Notes: generated by a model not told the origin, from the sequence alone. DNA of 64,000 bases from a virus (IMGVR_UViG_2561511114_000002:18294-82293), one strand, 5' to 3'. Counted from the first letter of the stretch, positions 1 through 9,828 are shown. Translations and numbers: made by a program.

Positions 1-639
1 GCCGCCAAGCACACGCCCACCAAGGCGCCACCATCACACAGCGCCACACCCCAACAGGCCGCCGGCCGGCAGCAGAAGATCCGGTTCCCACGTACCGCAA
101 CCCTGCCCAGGGCCACGGAAATCATCCTCAACAGCCTCAAATCCGCAAACCCCGGTGTCACCGCAGATGACGCCAACGCCGTCCACCGCGCCGTCTGCGC
201 CGAATACGGCCCCAAGGTCAACCTCGGCTACCTCACCACCATGGCCGCCAACTCGAGCTTCAGCCGCTTCTTGGACGCCATCCGCCGCGACCGCGCCGAA
301 CACGTTGAGGCCCAAATCCGGGCAATACAACAAACCCACCCCGACTGTGAGCACGGCACCGCCGCCGGCAACCAACCTCACCCGACCACCGGGGCCCTCC
401 TGTGCCCCTGGTGCCGGTGCGGCACCCAACTGCCCGCCGACGTGCAACGCGAACGAACTCACCCCGCAGTTGCCGCAGCGGTCACCATCTACCGCCAATC
501 CGTTCCCCGCGCCGGTGTGGCCGAACTGCTGCGGTTCACCCAGCAAGCCACCGTCCTCCACCGGCATGGACTCACCGCCGACCAGCTCGCCGACCACGCC
601 CGACAAGCCGCCGCCCGAACCCCGGCAACCGTGAAGTGA
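1..639 (+). CDS. 5'-truncated gene, probably the C-terminus of a phage replication initiator
   Basis: Frame of ORF 241..639 is open from base 1; lies directly upstream of DnaB; Cys/His cluster (CEHG...CPWCRC). Confidence 0.5.
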   Translation, partial: AAKHTPTKAPPSHSATPQQAAGRQQKIRFPRTATLPRATEIILNSLKSANPGVTADDANAVHRAVCAEYGPKVNLGYLTTMAANSSFSRFLDAIRRDRAEHVEAQIRAIQQTHPDCEHGTAAGNQPHPTTGALLCPWCRCGTQLPADVQRERTHPAVAAAVTIYRQSVPRAGVAELLRFTQQATVLHRHGLTADQLADHARQAAARTPATVK

Positions 640-650
640 AAGGCCACCCG

Positions 651-1994
651 ATGCACCCACCCACCCGTTCGGATGCCGCAGCCGACCCCGCGGCGGCACC
701 GACGTTCGACGTCGACGCCGAACGCGTCGTCCTCGGCTCGCTGATGACCAACGCGAACCTGATCGACGTCGTATCGGCACGGCTCGGCGCAGAGGATTTC
801 TACAACCCCCGCAACGCCGACCTGTACGACATCCTCATCAACGCCCACGAATCAGGGGTGCCCACCGAACCATTTGCCTTGGCCGGGTACCTCGCCGACC
901 GTGGAACCCTCAACCGGTTCGAGGGCGGTGCGCTGTTCCTGAACGCCTGTGTCGCCGCAGTCCCGCTCGCCGCGCAGGCCCCCTACTACGTGGACCGGCT
1001 GTTGGAGTTGGCGACCCGACGTCGACTACAGGTCGCCGGTGTGCGTATCAGTCAGGCGGCCACCAAACCCGGTGTCACCGCAGATGACGCGACGGCCCTC
1101 GCCACTGAACTGATCCGACAGATCAGCCCCCGCGACGACGACGACATGGTGCAGTTGGCGGACCTGCTCGACAGCGGCCTGGACGCCATCGAGCATCGCG
1201 CCGCCGACCCTGCCGGCCTGCCAACCGGGTTCACGGACCTGGACCGGCTACTCGGCGGACTACGCCGGAAGCAGCTCATCACGATCGCCGCCCCCACCGG
1301 CTGCGGCAAGTCGGTGTTCCTGGTGGACGTGGCCCGCCACCTGTCGATCAAACGTAAGCACACGGTCGCCCTGTTCAGCCTGGAAATGGCACGCGACGAA
1401 CTGTTCGAGCGGATCATTTCTGCGCAGGCCGGGGTGCCATATCACCTGATCCGTGACGGGAACCTGTCCGACTCCGACTGGCAGCGGGTGTCAACCCAGC
1501 TAGGGCCGATGTCCACCGCCCCCATGTTCATCTGCGACAGGTCGGCGATCAACGTCCGACAGATCCAGAACAAGTGCCGGTGGTTGCAGGCCAAGCACGG
1601 CCTGGACGCGGTGATCGTCGACTATACGCAGCTCGTAGAACCGAGCCGGCGGTGCAAGGACGAGCAAGAGCAGATCAGTGATGTCAGCCGAGGCTTGAAG
1701 ATCATGGCGGGCAGTCTCGACGTCCCGGTGATCGCCGCCGCCCAGATGAACCGCGGCCCCGACATGCGCGCCGACAAGCTTCCGCAGCTGTCCGACCTGC
1801 GCGGGTCTGGCTCCATCGCCAACAACTCCAACGTGGTGATGTTCATTCACCGGCCCGACTACTACGACCCCGAGTCGCCCCGGCGGGGTGAGGCCGACTT
1901 TGTGGTCCGTAAGGCCAGGTCTGCGCCGAAGGACGTGGTGACGGTCGCCGCCCAGCTCGACAAGTCCCGATTCGTTGACATGGCCACCCTTTAG
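651..1994 (+). CDS. dnaB: Replicative DNA helicase DnaB (phage-encoded)
   Basis: AERVVLGSLM N-domain, LPTGFTDLDRLLGG, Walker A APTGCGKS, FSLEM, IVDYTQL, DLRGSGSI; ATG at 651 after GAAAGG. Confidence 0.93.
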   Translation: MHPPTRSDAAADPAAAPTFDVDAERVVLGSLMTNANLIDVVSARLGAEDFYNPRNADLYDILINAHESGVPTEPFALAGYLADRGTLNRFEGGALFLNACVAAVPLAAQAPYYVDRLLELATRRRLQVAGVRISQAATKPGVTADDATALATELIRQISPRDDDDMVQLADLLDSGLDAIEHRAADPAGLPTGFTDLDRLLGGLRRKQLITIAAPTGCGKSVFLVDVARHLSIKRKHTVALFSLEMARDELFERIISAQAGVPYHLIRDGNLSDSDWQRVSTQLGPMSTAPMFICDRSAINVRQIQNKCRWLQAKHGLDAVIVDYTQLVEPSRRCKDEQEQISDVSRGLKIMAGSLDVPVIAAAQMNRGPDMRADKLPQLSDLRGSGSIANNSNVVMFIHRPDYYDPESPRRGEADFVVRKARSAPKDVVTVAAQLDKSRFVDMATL

Positions 1995-2090
1995 ACCGCT
2001 CCTCGCGGTGACACGAGCATCACCTACCGCAAACGCACACCCGACGACGCGCCGACCCGACCCCACCGCCCCCGCGTGAGGAGGCCGCCC

Positions 2091-2918
2091 GTGAAACCAC
2101 CCATCGGCTACTACGGCAGCAAGGCAAGCATCGCTGAGCAGATCGTCCGGCACCTACCCGAGCACGAGCACTACGTGGAGCCGTACGCCGGCTCCCTCGC
2201 CGTCCTGCTCGCCAAGCGGCCATCAAAGTTGGAAACCGTCAATGACCTTGACGGGGAACTGGTCACTTTCTGGCGAGTGTGCCGCGACCGGCCCGACGAC
2301 CTCGAACGCGTCACGGACCTCACCCCCCACGCCCGCGCCGAACATGACAACGCCCACCAACCCGCCGCCGACGAGGTGGAAATCGCCCGCCGCGTCTGGG
2401 TCCGACTCACCCAGGGCCGCACTGGCACTTTGCGCCGCACCGGATGGCGCCACTACATCGACCCGGGCGGCACCAGCATGTCCATGCCCGCCTACCTCGA
2501 CGCCTACCGCCGCCGCCTCCCACCAGCAGCCGACCGCCTCCGCGCAGTGTCCCTCGAGGCCCGCCCCGCCCTGGACGTCATCGCCGCATACGGGCAGCAC
2601 CCAGACGCGCTGCTCTATGTTGACCCGCCTTACCCCCGACACACCCGCACCGGCACCAACTACCGGCACGAGCTGCCCGACGACGCCGCCCACCGCGAGC
2701 TAGCCGACGCACTCCACCAGACCCGCGCCGCAGTCGTCCTATCCGGATACCCCAGCGAGCTGTACGACGACCTGTACGCCGGGTGGGACCGCGTCGACAT
2801 CACCACCGGCACCGGCCAGGGCGGCACCTGGGCGGGCCGCACCGAGGTCATCTGGTCCAACCGCGCGCTCAGCGATCAGCCGTCTCTGCTCGACGCCCTC
2901 ACCCCCGCCACCGCCTGA
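2091..2918 (+). CDS. DNA adenine methyltransferase (Dam/D12 class)
   Basis: YYGSK, YVEPYAGS, VNDLDG and DPPY motifs. Confidence 0.92.
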   Translation: MKPPIGYYGSKASIAEQIVRHLPEHEHYVEPYAGSLAVLLAKRPSKLETVNDLDGELVTFWRVCRDRPDDLERVTDLTPHARAEHDNAHQPAADEVEIARRVWVRLTQGRTGTLRRTGWRHYIDPGGTSMSMPAYLDAYRRRLPPAADRLRAVSLEARPALDVIAAYGQHPDALLYVDPPYPRHTRTGTNYRHELPDDAAHRELADALHQTRAAVVLSGYPSELYDDLYAGWDRVDITTGTGQGGTWAGRTEVIWSNRALSDQPSLLDALTPATA

Positions 2919-2929
2919 GGAGGACCGCC

Positions 2930-3016
2930 ATGACCCAGCCCACGCCATGCGACTGGTGCCGCAAACCCGGCGCCACACACACCGCCAAGGAGCAAGTGCG
3001 GGCGGTGACCCGATGA
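2930..3016 (+). CDS. 28-aa Cys-containing micro-protein
   Basis: GGAGG RBS; MTQPTPCDWCRKPGATH; stop overlaps the next start (ATGA). Confidence 0.4.
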   Translation: MTQPTPCDWCRKPGATHTAKEQVRAVTR

Positions 3017-3330
3017 CCGTCTACGTCGATGACTTCCGTCGCTCAGCCCGCGTCGGCCGAATCTCCGGACGCTGGTCCCACCTCACCGCCGACACCGTGC
3101 AGGAGCTACACAAGTTCGCCGCCAAGCTCGGTCTGCACCGCGACTGGTTCCAAACCTGCAAGCAGAAGTGCGCCCCCGAGGGCAGGGCATGCCCCCACTG
3201 GCACTACGACGTGGTTGACGTGAAGCGAGGCGAGGCCATCCGGTTGGGCGCGAAGGCCATCACGTGGCGGGAAATGGGCGCGCTCACATCGGCCCGCCGC
3301 CGGGCGATGCAGGCAGGTGGGACTAAGTGA
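3013..3330 (+). CDS. DUF4031-like phage protein
   Basis: MTVYVDD...WSHLTAD...ELHKFAAKLGL..DWFQ...HYDV pattern. Confidence 0.8.
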   Translation: MTVYVDDFRRSARVGRISGRWSHLTADTVQELHKFAAKLGLHRDWFQTCKQKCAPEGRACPHWHYDVVDVKRGEAIRLGAKAITWREMGALTSARRRAMQAGGTK

Positions 3331-3617
3331 AGCCGCAGCGTGCACCCACCGGCTCCGACTACGTCCGCGCCGTCATCGACCAGCTCATCAAGCTCGACGT
3401 CCCCGTCGACGTCAACGCCCTGGACCTCGACGAAGAGCAGTGCAACATGCCGATCGCCAACATCGCCAACGTCGACGAGGTCGTGTGGCTGCGCTGGCTC
3501 GATGACCCCGAGCACGGCTGGCACTTCGACGACGAGCACGGCCGGCGCAGCGCCGCGATCTGCGCCCCGGACACGCCGCCGACTGAGGCCGCCCAGATTC
3601 TCGTCGCCTACATCTGA
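3327..3617 (+). CDS. Hypothetical acidic phage protein
   Basis: GTGA coupling to the upstream gene; plausible composition. Confidence 0.65.
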   Translation: MKPQRAPTGSDYVRAVIDQLIKLDVPVDVNALDLDEEQCNMPIANIANVDEVVWLRWLDDPEHGWHFDDEHGRRSAAICAPDTPPTEAAQILVAYI

Positions 3618-3629
3618 CAGGAGCCCACC

Positions 3630-4400
3630 ATGAGCACCCAGACGCACTGCACAGACACCACCCCCCACAATCCCCACCGCACCGACCACGGCGCATTCGG
3701 CGTACGCGACTGCCCAGGAGTCCCCACCCGTCTACCCATCCACGGCGAGTGCCGCCACGACCATCACGCCACCACCACCGCCCCCGACGACTGCCAGCAG
3801 GCACTCGACACCCTCACCGACGTGTGGGCCGCCCTCAACCGCGCCGCCTGCCACGCCCCCCTCGCCACCCCCGCCGAGCTGATCGACGAGCTCGCCGCCG
3901 ACCGGGACCAGGCCCGCGCCAGCCTCGACGACGCCACCGAGCGGCTCGACCGGGCACGGTACGCCACCCGCACCGGTTCCCGGCCCGGCAGCGCGCAGGG
4001 TGCCCCAGCCGACATGCAGGCGTTCCTCGATTACTCCACGGCGGAGTGGCGGGCCGCCCGCACCGCCGACGAACGCGCCGAAGCCCTCCGTGACCTCCTG
4101 GAGGGCTGGTACGACCGCTGGGACGCCCACTACCCCGGGGCCATCACCGACGAGCACGACGGAATCGCCCGACACCTCGTCACCCTCATCACCGCCGCCG
4201 AAGCCCGCGCGTCGGAGGGCACCACGGGGACCCTGATCCGCCACTGCGTCTGGCCGGGATGCCCGCGCACCTACCGCGCCGATGTTGGCCCGCCGGATCG
4301 GGGCTGGATGCGTCTGCGCGGCCTCACGGTGCTCTGCCCAGACCACAGTGGCTTTGTGGACCCTGAGACGGGACTACGGACGGGCGGCATCCATGTCTGA
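3630..4400 (+). CDS. Hypothetical phage protein with Cys/His clusters
   Basis: AGGAG RBS; CVWPGC...LCPDH at the C-terminus. Confidence 0.65.
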   Translation: MSTQTHCTDTTPHNPHRTDHGAFGVRDCPGVPTRLPIHGECRHDHHATTTAPDDCQQALDTLTDVWAALNRAACHAPLATPAELIDELAADRDQARASLDDATERLDRARYATRTGSRPGSAQGAPADMQAFLDYSTAEWRAARTADERAEALRDLLEGWYDRWDAHYPGAITDEHDGIARHLVTLITAAEARASEGTTGTLIRHCVWPGCPRTYRADVGPPDRGWMRLRGLTVLCPDHSGFVDPETGLRTGGIHV

Positions 4401-5352
4401 CCAACCGCTACCGAGCCTGTCTTGGAACGGCGCGCAAGACCCCGACCGCTGGGAACCCTCAATCCGGAACCGTCGCGACACGTACGGCTGTACCCACCCC
4501 GAAGCAGGCGACCTTGTGGCTTGGCGGTACGCCGCATGGACGGTGCACGAAAGCCGCCCACGCCGCGTCGCGCCCACCGACGAGCAGCTCCACATCGTGC
4601 TGCGCCACCACAACGGGCCACTCATCATCAAGCCGGGAGAGGAGCGCCGCTTCGCACGACGCCACGACGGCACCCGCGAAGTCCGCTTCACCGCCCCGCC
4701 CGGCTACCGGTGGAATCGGCTTCCCGACCCCTACCAGACGTGCTCCTGCCACGGGCACCCCTGGCCCTGCCAGGAACTCGACCGGGCGGTGCTTGCCCAG
4801 CACCAGCTGCGCAAGATGGACCGGCTGATGGCCACCGCCCAGCCGGGGGTGTGCGCCCACTGTCTGGAGCCGATCAGCACCCGACAAAAGACGGTAGCCT
4901 TCCCCGAAGAGTCACGATTTGTACCCGGCGCGCCGGGCCCCACCTTCCACGCTGGTCGGGCCGACTGCTGGCGGGGCGCGGAAAAGTACGAACGCGAAGG
5001 CCGACTGGTCGACAACCCTGACGTACCACGCCTCGCCTCATGCCCCGGAATCAGATTCATCCACGAGCAGCACGGCATGCCCACCGAGCAGCGCGTCGAA
5101 TGCACCGCCGGTCCATTCTGCACCGGGCTACACGGTCCGGCCGGGCTGCGTCAGGACGCACCATGCTGGCATCGGGTGCAGTTGGCCGGTAATGAGGGCG
5201 CGTACGCCCGCCCAAGCGTTGATTGCGGATATCGGGGGCGCGGCCACGGCTGCCTGGGGGGTGACGTGTCCAACGGCGGCATGTCCCTGTCGCCGGTCGC
5301 CGCTGACCTGCTGTGGCAGGCGCGTCATCGGCGAGGGGGTGGACTGCTGTGA
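4393..5352 (+). CDS. Hypothetical Cys-rich phage protein
   Basis: ATG overlapping the upstream stop; CSCHGHPWPC and CAHC motifs. Confidence 0.65.
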   Translation: MSDQPLPSLSWNGAQDPDRWEPSIRNRRDTYGCTHPEAGDLVAWRYAAWTVHESRPRRVAPTDEQLHIVLRHHNGPLIIKPGEERRFARRHDGTREVRFTAPPGYRWNRLPDPYQTCSCHGHPWPCQELDRAVLAQHQLRKMDRLMATAQPGVCAHCLEPISTRQKTVAFPEESRFVPGAPGPTFHAGRADCWRGAEKYEREGRLVDNPDVPRLASCPGIRFIHEQHGMPTEQRVECTAGPFCTGLHGPAGLRQDAPCWHRVQLAGNEGAYARPSVDCGYRGRGHGCLGGDVSNGGMSLSPVAADLLWQARHRRGGGLL

Positions 5353-5426
5353 CCACCCGCCCCATGGACGTGCCCACCATCAACACGGTCGGCCTCGGCG
5401 CCGCCGAGCAGGCCCAGGGCTGACCG

Positions 5427-5804
5427 GTGATCATCCTCAACGTCATCTGCCGCGCCGCCGACCACGAGACCCCCGAGGCACGGGCAGCCGGCTGCGTCTG
5501 CCCGCAGGAGTGGGGCAAGCCGTACCGCCCCGCCCCGTCCAAGCCAACCAAGCAGCGCCGGCGCTACGTGCCGGGCCGCCAGCACAACAAACGCGGCCCC
5601 CGCACCACCGTGACCGAACCGGACTGGGCTGCGGTTGAGCGCGCTCTCACCGGTGACCGGTCCATCGTGCTGGCCAAGGTCGAGCGCGACGAAGCGATCG
5701 ACCGGGTCGACCGCAACGGCGCATCCGCCCGTCAGGTCGCGGTCCGGCTCGGACTGTCCGCCCGCACCGTGCAACGCCGCCGCGCCGACCGCACCCGGAC
5801 CTGA
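5427..5804 (+). CDS. HTH DNA-binding protein
   Basis: C-terminal SARQVAVRLGLSARTVQRRR. Confidence 0.7.
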   Translation: MIILNVICRAADHETPEARAAGCVCPQEWGKPYRPAPSKPTKQRRRYVPGRQHNKRGPRTTVTEPDWAAVERALTGDRSIVLAKVERDEAIDRVDRNGASARQVAVRLGLSARTVQRRRADRTRT

Positions 5805-5813
5805 GGGAGCACC

Positions 5814-5969
5814 ATGCTGTCCCCGCACCACCTGCACGCCACCGCCGCCGCCTGGTCCATCCACACCGCCAGACAGCACCTAGCCCGCCTCGCCGCCATC
5901 GAGGCCCGGCAGCGAGGCGACACCCTCACCGCCGCCGCTGAAACTCGCGCGGCCGGCAGGAAGGGCTGA
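5814..5969 (+). CDS. Small hypothetical protein (51 aa)
   Basis: GGGAG RBS; fills the gap between coupled genes. Confidence 0.45.
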   Translation: MLSPHHLHATAAAWSIHTARQHLARLAAIEARQRGDTLTAAAETRAAGRKG

Positions 5970-5976
5970 CCAGCCG

Positions 5977-7119
5977 ATGACCCCGCTCCGACTCGGCTCC
6001 CTGTGCACCGGCTACGGCGGACTCGACCTCGCCGCCGACGCCGTACTCGGACCCCTCGACCACACCTGGCACGCCGAAAACGATCCCCACGCCTCCCGCG
6101 TCCTCGCCCACCACTGGCCCGATGTGCCCAACCTCGGGGACCTCACCACCGCCGACTGGACGCACGTCGAGCCCGTGGACGTGCTCACCGCCGGCTACCC
6201 CTGCCAGCCCCTGTCACTGGCCGGCCGCCGAGCCGGCACGACCGATGAACGGTGGATCTGGAATGACATCGCCCACGCCATTCGCGTACTACGACCCCGA
6301 ATCGTGCTACTGGAAAACGTCGCAGGCCACCTTTCCCTGGGCTTCGGACGAGTACTCGGAGACCTGGCCACGCTCGGGTTCAATGCGCAATGGAGCTGCG
6401 TCCGCGCGTCCGAGGTCGGTGCCCCGCACCGCCGCGAACGCGTCTTCGTCGCCGCCTGGCCTGCCGACACCCCGCGCCCGCGACTGGAAGCGCGGCGGCA
6501 AGGACGGCCTGGAACAGGCACTGCTGCTGGAACAGGCGACCTAACAATGCGACCCACACCGGCCGCCCGCCACCGCATGAACCAGGGCAGACCCAACCTC
6601 GAGGACGCAGTCGCCCTCCTACCCACACCCCGGGCCGCCGCGACCCGCACCGGCAGGACAGCGATCCTGGCCTCATCGTCGTCCCCGTCAATCGATCAGG
6701 CCCTCGAACTGGCCCGCGGCGAACTACCTCGCGAGCTGCGGTCGGTGTCCGAGGCACCCGCGTCATGGCGCCTCCTACCCACCCCGCGCGCCTCCGACGG
6801 CGAAAAGGGCGGCCCGAACCAGCGGGGCAGCTCCGGCGACCTGATGCTCCCCGCCGCCGTCCAACCCGAACGGTTCGGCGCGTACACGGCAGCCATACGC
6901 CGCTGGGAACACGTCCTCGGTCGGCCCGCACCCGCACCGACAGAGCCAGGCACCAACGGCAACCCCCGCCTCAACGCGGCAATCGTCGAGTGGCTGATGG
7001 GCCTACCCGCCGGATGGGTCACCAACCACCTACCCCGCAACCCCGCCCTGCGCTGCCTCGGAAACGGCGTCGTCCCGCAACAAGCCGCCCACGCCATCGC
7101 CGACCTACTCACCACCTGA
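5977..7119 (+). CDS. DNA (cytosine-5) methyltransferase
   Basis: Motif I LCTGYGGLD, IV GYPCQ, VI ENV, VIII RRER, IX EWLMGLP, X LGNGVVP. Confidence 0.92.
   Translation: MTPLRLGSLCTGYGGLDLAADAVLGPLDHTWHAENDPHASRVLAHHWPDVPNLGDLTTADWTHVEPVDVLTAGYPCQPLSLAGRRAGTTDERWIWNDIAHAIRVLRPRIVLLENVAGHLSLGFGRVLGDLATLGFNAQWSCVRASEVGAPHRRERVFVAAWPADTPRPRLEARRQGRPGTGTAAGTGDLTMRPTPAARHRMNQGRPNLEDAVALLPTPRAAATRTGRTAILASSSSPSIDQALELARGELPRELRSVSEAPASWRLLPTPRASDGEKGGPNQRGSSGDLMLPAAVQPERFGAYTAAIRRWEHVLGRPAPAPTEPGTNGNPRLNAAIVEWLMGLPAGWVTNHLPRNPALRCLGNGVVPQQAAHAIADLLTT
6263..6544 (+). CDS. Overlapping alternative-frame polypeptide inside the C5-MTase gene (beta-subunit-like)
   Basis: MTSPTPFAYYD...SETWPRSGSMRNG...LPTPRARDWK; shares the LPTP module with the main-frame C-terminus. 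Confidence 0.5.
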   Translation: MTSPTPFAYYDPESCYWKTSQATFPWASDEYSETWPRSGSMRNGAASARPRSVPRTAANASSSPPGLPTPRARDWKRGGKDGLEQALLLEQAT

Positions 7120-7128
7120 GGAGCGCCC

Positions 7129-7308
7129 ATGAGCAGCACCTGGCGCGGCGGCAGCACCAGCGCCTGGCGATGGATACGCGCCGATTGCTCGGTCCGGACC
7201 CCACCAACGAAACCGCGCCACACGCGCGGCACCGAACACGTCCAGCGCTGCCTGTGGGATGCCTCCACCTGGTCCCTCAGCGCCCCACAACGACAGGCCA
7301 CCCCATGA
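7129..7308 (+). pseudogene. Possible decayed HNH endonuclease gene
   Basis: GAGGAG RBS; MSSTWRGGSTSAWRWIRA resembles the N-terminus of terminase-associated HNH proteins, but no HNH core follows. Confidence 0.35.
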
Positions 7309-8123
7309 GCAACCCCATGCGCGAACAGCAGCCCACGCCCGACGACCCAGCCAAGGACCCCAGCAAGCACGCCTACTACGGCGGTCGCCGCAAGGACGGT
7401 TCCCCCTGCGGCGGCCGGGTTGTGGAGGGCACCAAAACCTGCCGGATGCACGCCGGCAAGCCACTGGCGCAGGTGAAGGCCGAGGGTCAGATCCGGGTGG
7501 AGGTGCGGCGGTGGATGCTCGACGACCACGATGGCACCAGCGTAGATCCCCGAGCAATGTTGCTGAATCTGATCGCGTTTTGGCGGTGGAAAACGAACCA
7601 CTACGGCCGGCTGATCGGGGAGGCGTACGAGGCGGCAGAGCGGCTGCGGAAGGCGCACGCCGCCAGCACCCTGATCGTCACCCCGGACCCCGGGGAGGGT
7701 GACGACGGCGAGCATCCCGCTGTGCAGTCGGCTCGCGCCGACCTAGAGCGGATCTTCACCACCGGTGGGGTCGCGGCGCTGGTCGGCAACCGGTACGACG
7801 CGGACCGCACCGGCCGGGTGTACGCAGTCGACGAGGGTGTGCGGGCGCTCGTGAGCCTGGAGGGCGAGGCGTCGGATCGGGTGGCGCGGTACTGCGCGCT
7901 GGCGATCCAGGCCCGCGTCGCCGAGGCCCGCATCGAACTGGCGCAGCAGGTCGGGGCGATGATCGCGACGGTGATTGTGGGCGTGCTCGGGGACCTGGGT
8001 GTGCCGGCCGACGAGCGGGTCATGGGTCTGGTGTCTCAGCACATGGACCTGGTGGCGGGAGGTTCCCCACCCGCGGTCGAGGGCCGTACCGGGCAGCTGA
8101 CGCCGAAACCGGCCCCGGGATAG
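7305..8123 (+). CDS. Putative terminase small subunit (HGGxSTG-like Cys/His N-terminus)
   Basis: GGRRKDGSPC...TCRMHAG motif followed by a helical body; lies upstream of terL. Confidence 0.55.
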   Translation: MSNPMREQQPTPDDPAKDPSKHAYYGGRRKDGSPCGGRVVEGTKTCRMHAGKPLAQVKAEGQIRVEVRRWMLDDHDGTSVDPRAMLLNLIAFWRWKTNHYGRLIGEAYEAAERLRKAHAASTLIVTPDPGEGDDGEHPAVQSARADLERIFTTGGVAALVGNRYDADRTGRVYAVDEGVRALVSLEGEASDRVARYCALAIQARVAEARIELAQQVGAMIATVIVGVLGDLGVPADERVMGLVSQHMDLVAGGSPPAVEGRTGQLTPKPAPG

Positions 8124-8242
8124 CGAAAGCGGCCCGGCGCCCCTCCCCAGGCACCGGACCGCCAACACCGCACCGCCGCCTCACCAAGCACCGGGCGACT
8201 ACCACAAGCGTACCGTCACCAGCGCGAACGGAGATTACCGAC

Positions 8243-9361
8243 ATGGCCATCTGCCCCGTCGACTGCACCTGCCACAGCTCCCCGTACGCGCCCTGCAGCG
8301 CCCCCGGGGGCTGCGGCTCGGCCGGCTGCACGCTCGCCGGCTGCGCTGTCTGCCGGAGGCGGCCCCGCGACATCGGCCAGGTGTGCGAGCCGTGCCGCCG
8401 CTGGCTGCCCAACGCCCTGCGTGTCGTTCCGGAGCTTGCCAGCCGCGCCCGCGACGAGCTGGTCCCCGCTGACGACAGCACCAGCCACGCGGTGCTGGTG
8501 TGCCGCACCTGCGGCCTTACCGCCCCGGCCGGCGCCGTCCCCCACCATCCCGGCCGACCCGAGTACGACCGTTCACCCACACGTCACGCCGGCTGGGTGC
8601 CCCGCCGTGTCATCGGCCACGCCGGCGGCCCCGTGCGCTCCGTGGCCTCCGACACCATCGTCACCGGCGGCGACGGTGAGGCGTCCGCCCCCATCGACCT
8701 GCACCTGCACGACCTACTCGCCCCAGTGGTCCGCGACGGCGGCCGGCCCATCGACACCACCGGCGACAACTGGGTGCAGGCCCTAGACACCCAGCCCCGC
8801 ACCGTGTGGGTCGACAACGGCCACAAGGGCAAGCGCAGGACCACCGTGCTCGACCGGCGACCACGGCGTGACACCGCCGGCCACAGGGTGATGGTGCCTG
8901 CCGGCGACCAGATCGGTGACGTGCCCATCGCCCAGATCCTCGACCAGGAGGTACGCGCGTGGATTGACGCCGGCGCTCCCGGCGGCCCGGTCCGGCCGAC
9001 GCCGAGTATCGACGGCCTCGTCGACTGGCTGATCACACGCCTCGACTGGGCCTGCGACTGGTACGCGGGGATCGACGTTTTCGCCGATGCCGTGCGGCAG
9101 ATCCGCGGGCGGATGATGGCCGCGCTCGGAGACCTCGACCCGGAGCCGGAACGCTGCGAGGGTGTCGCATGTAGCCGGTGTGACCTGCGGATGTTGTTTC
9201 GCCGGCAGGATGGTTCGGGGGATGTGGAGTGCCAGAATCCGGACTGCCTGAGGGTGTTCACCGCCGTCGAGTATCGGGACCTGGTGGCGGCTCGGGCCGC
9301 CGACGAACGGGGCCGGCGGGATCCACAGGAGGTGGCGGCGTTGATGCGGCGGCCACGCTGA
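8243..9361 (+). CDS. Zn-ribbon-containing phage protein, possibly a late-gene regulator
   Basis: Several CxxC pairs including C-terminal CSRC...CQNPDC; GGAG RBS. Confidence 0.6.
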   Translation: MAICPVDCTCHSSPYAPCSAPGGCGSAGCTLAGCAVCRRRPRDIGQVCEPCRRWLPNALRVVPELASRARDELVPADDSTSHAVLVCRTCGLTAPAGAVPHHPGRPEYDRSPTRHAGWVPRRVIGHAGGPVRSVASDTIVTGGDGEASAPIDLHLHDLLAPVVRDGGRPIDTTGDNWVQALDTQPRTVWVDNGHKGKRRTTVLDRRPRRDTAGHRVMVPAGDQIGDVPIAQILDQEVRAWIDAGAPGGPVRPTPSIDGLVDWLITRLDWACDWYAGIDVFADAVRQIRGRMMAALGDLDPEPERCEGVACSRCDLRMLFRRQDGSGDVECQNPDCLRVFTAVEYRDLVAARAADERGRRDPQEVAALMRRPR

Positions 9362-9455
9362 GCGGCTGCCAGCAGCAGGGGTGACCCCGCAAACTGGCGG
9401 AATCGTTGATCAGCATTTACGGTGGGTGTTGGCAGACTCTGCCCACTGAACGTTA

Positions 9456-9489
9456 CGAAGCCCCGCACCGAATTGGCTGCGGGGCTTCG
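9456..9489 (+). terminator. Stem-loop ahead of the terL operon
   Basis: CGAAGCCCCGCA...TGCGGGGCTTCG, 12-bp stem. Confidence 0.6.
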
Positions 9490-9517
9490 ACGTACCCGCG
9501 GCCGGGGGTGAACTACC

Positions 9518-9808
9518 GTGTGGCCCTCAGTCGATCCGGACACACGCTTGACCGCGAAGGAACTCGCACTCGCACTGGGAGTGTCTCCACAGTTGGTGAA
9601 CCGGTGGCACACCGACGGCTACCTGAACCGCGACGGCGAGCACGTGTACTTGCCGATGGCGGATCGCAACCGGCGGGGACACCGACGCTTCCGCTACCTG
9701 GACGGGGCGAGAGCCGAGGCGGCGACACGGCGGTCACCGAAGTCGTTCCGCAAACCCAACGGCTGGGCGGAAGTCAACCGGAAGCCGCCCGGCGTCCCGG
9801 TGGGGTGA
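9518..9808 (+). CDS. MerR-like HTH protein
   Basis: LTAKELALALGVSPQLVNRW...GHRRFRY. Confidence 0.7.
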   Translation: MWPSVDPDTRLTAKELALALGVSPQLVNRWHTDGYLNRDGEHVYLPMADRNRRGHRRFRYLDGARAEAATRRSPKSFRKPNGWAEVNRKPPGVPVG

Positions 9809-9828
9809 CGGGAGGCCGGTAAGCGGGG

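Noticed and set aside
6390-7304. 5' extension of ORF 6390..8123
   Set aside because: Arg/Pro-rich off-frame read of the methyltransferase; the plausible protein starts at 7305
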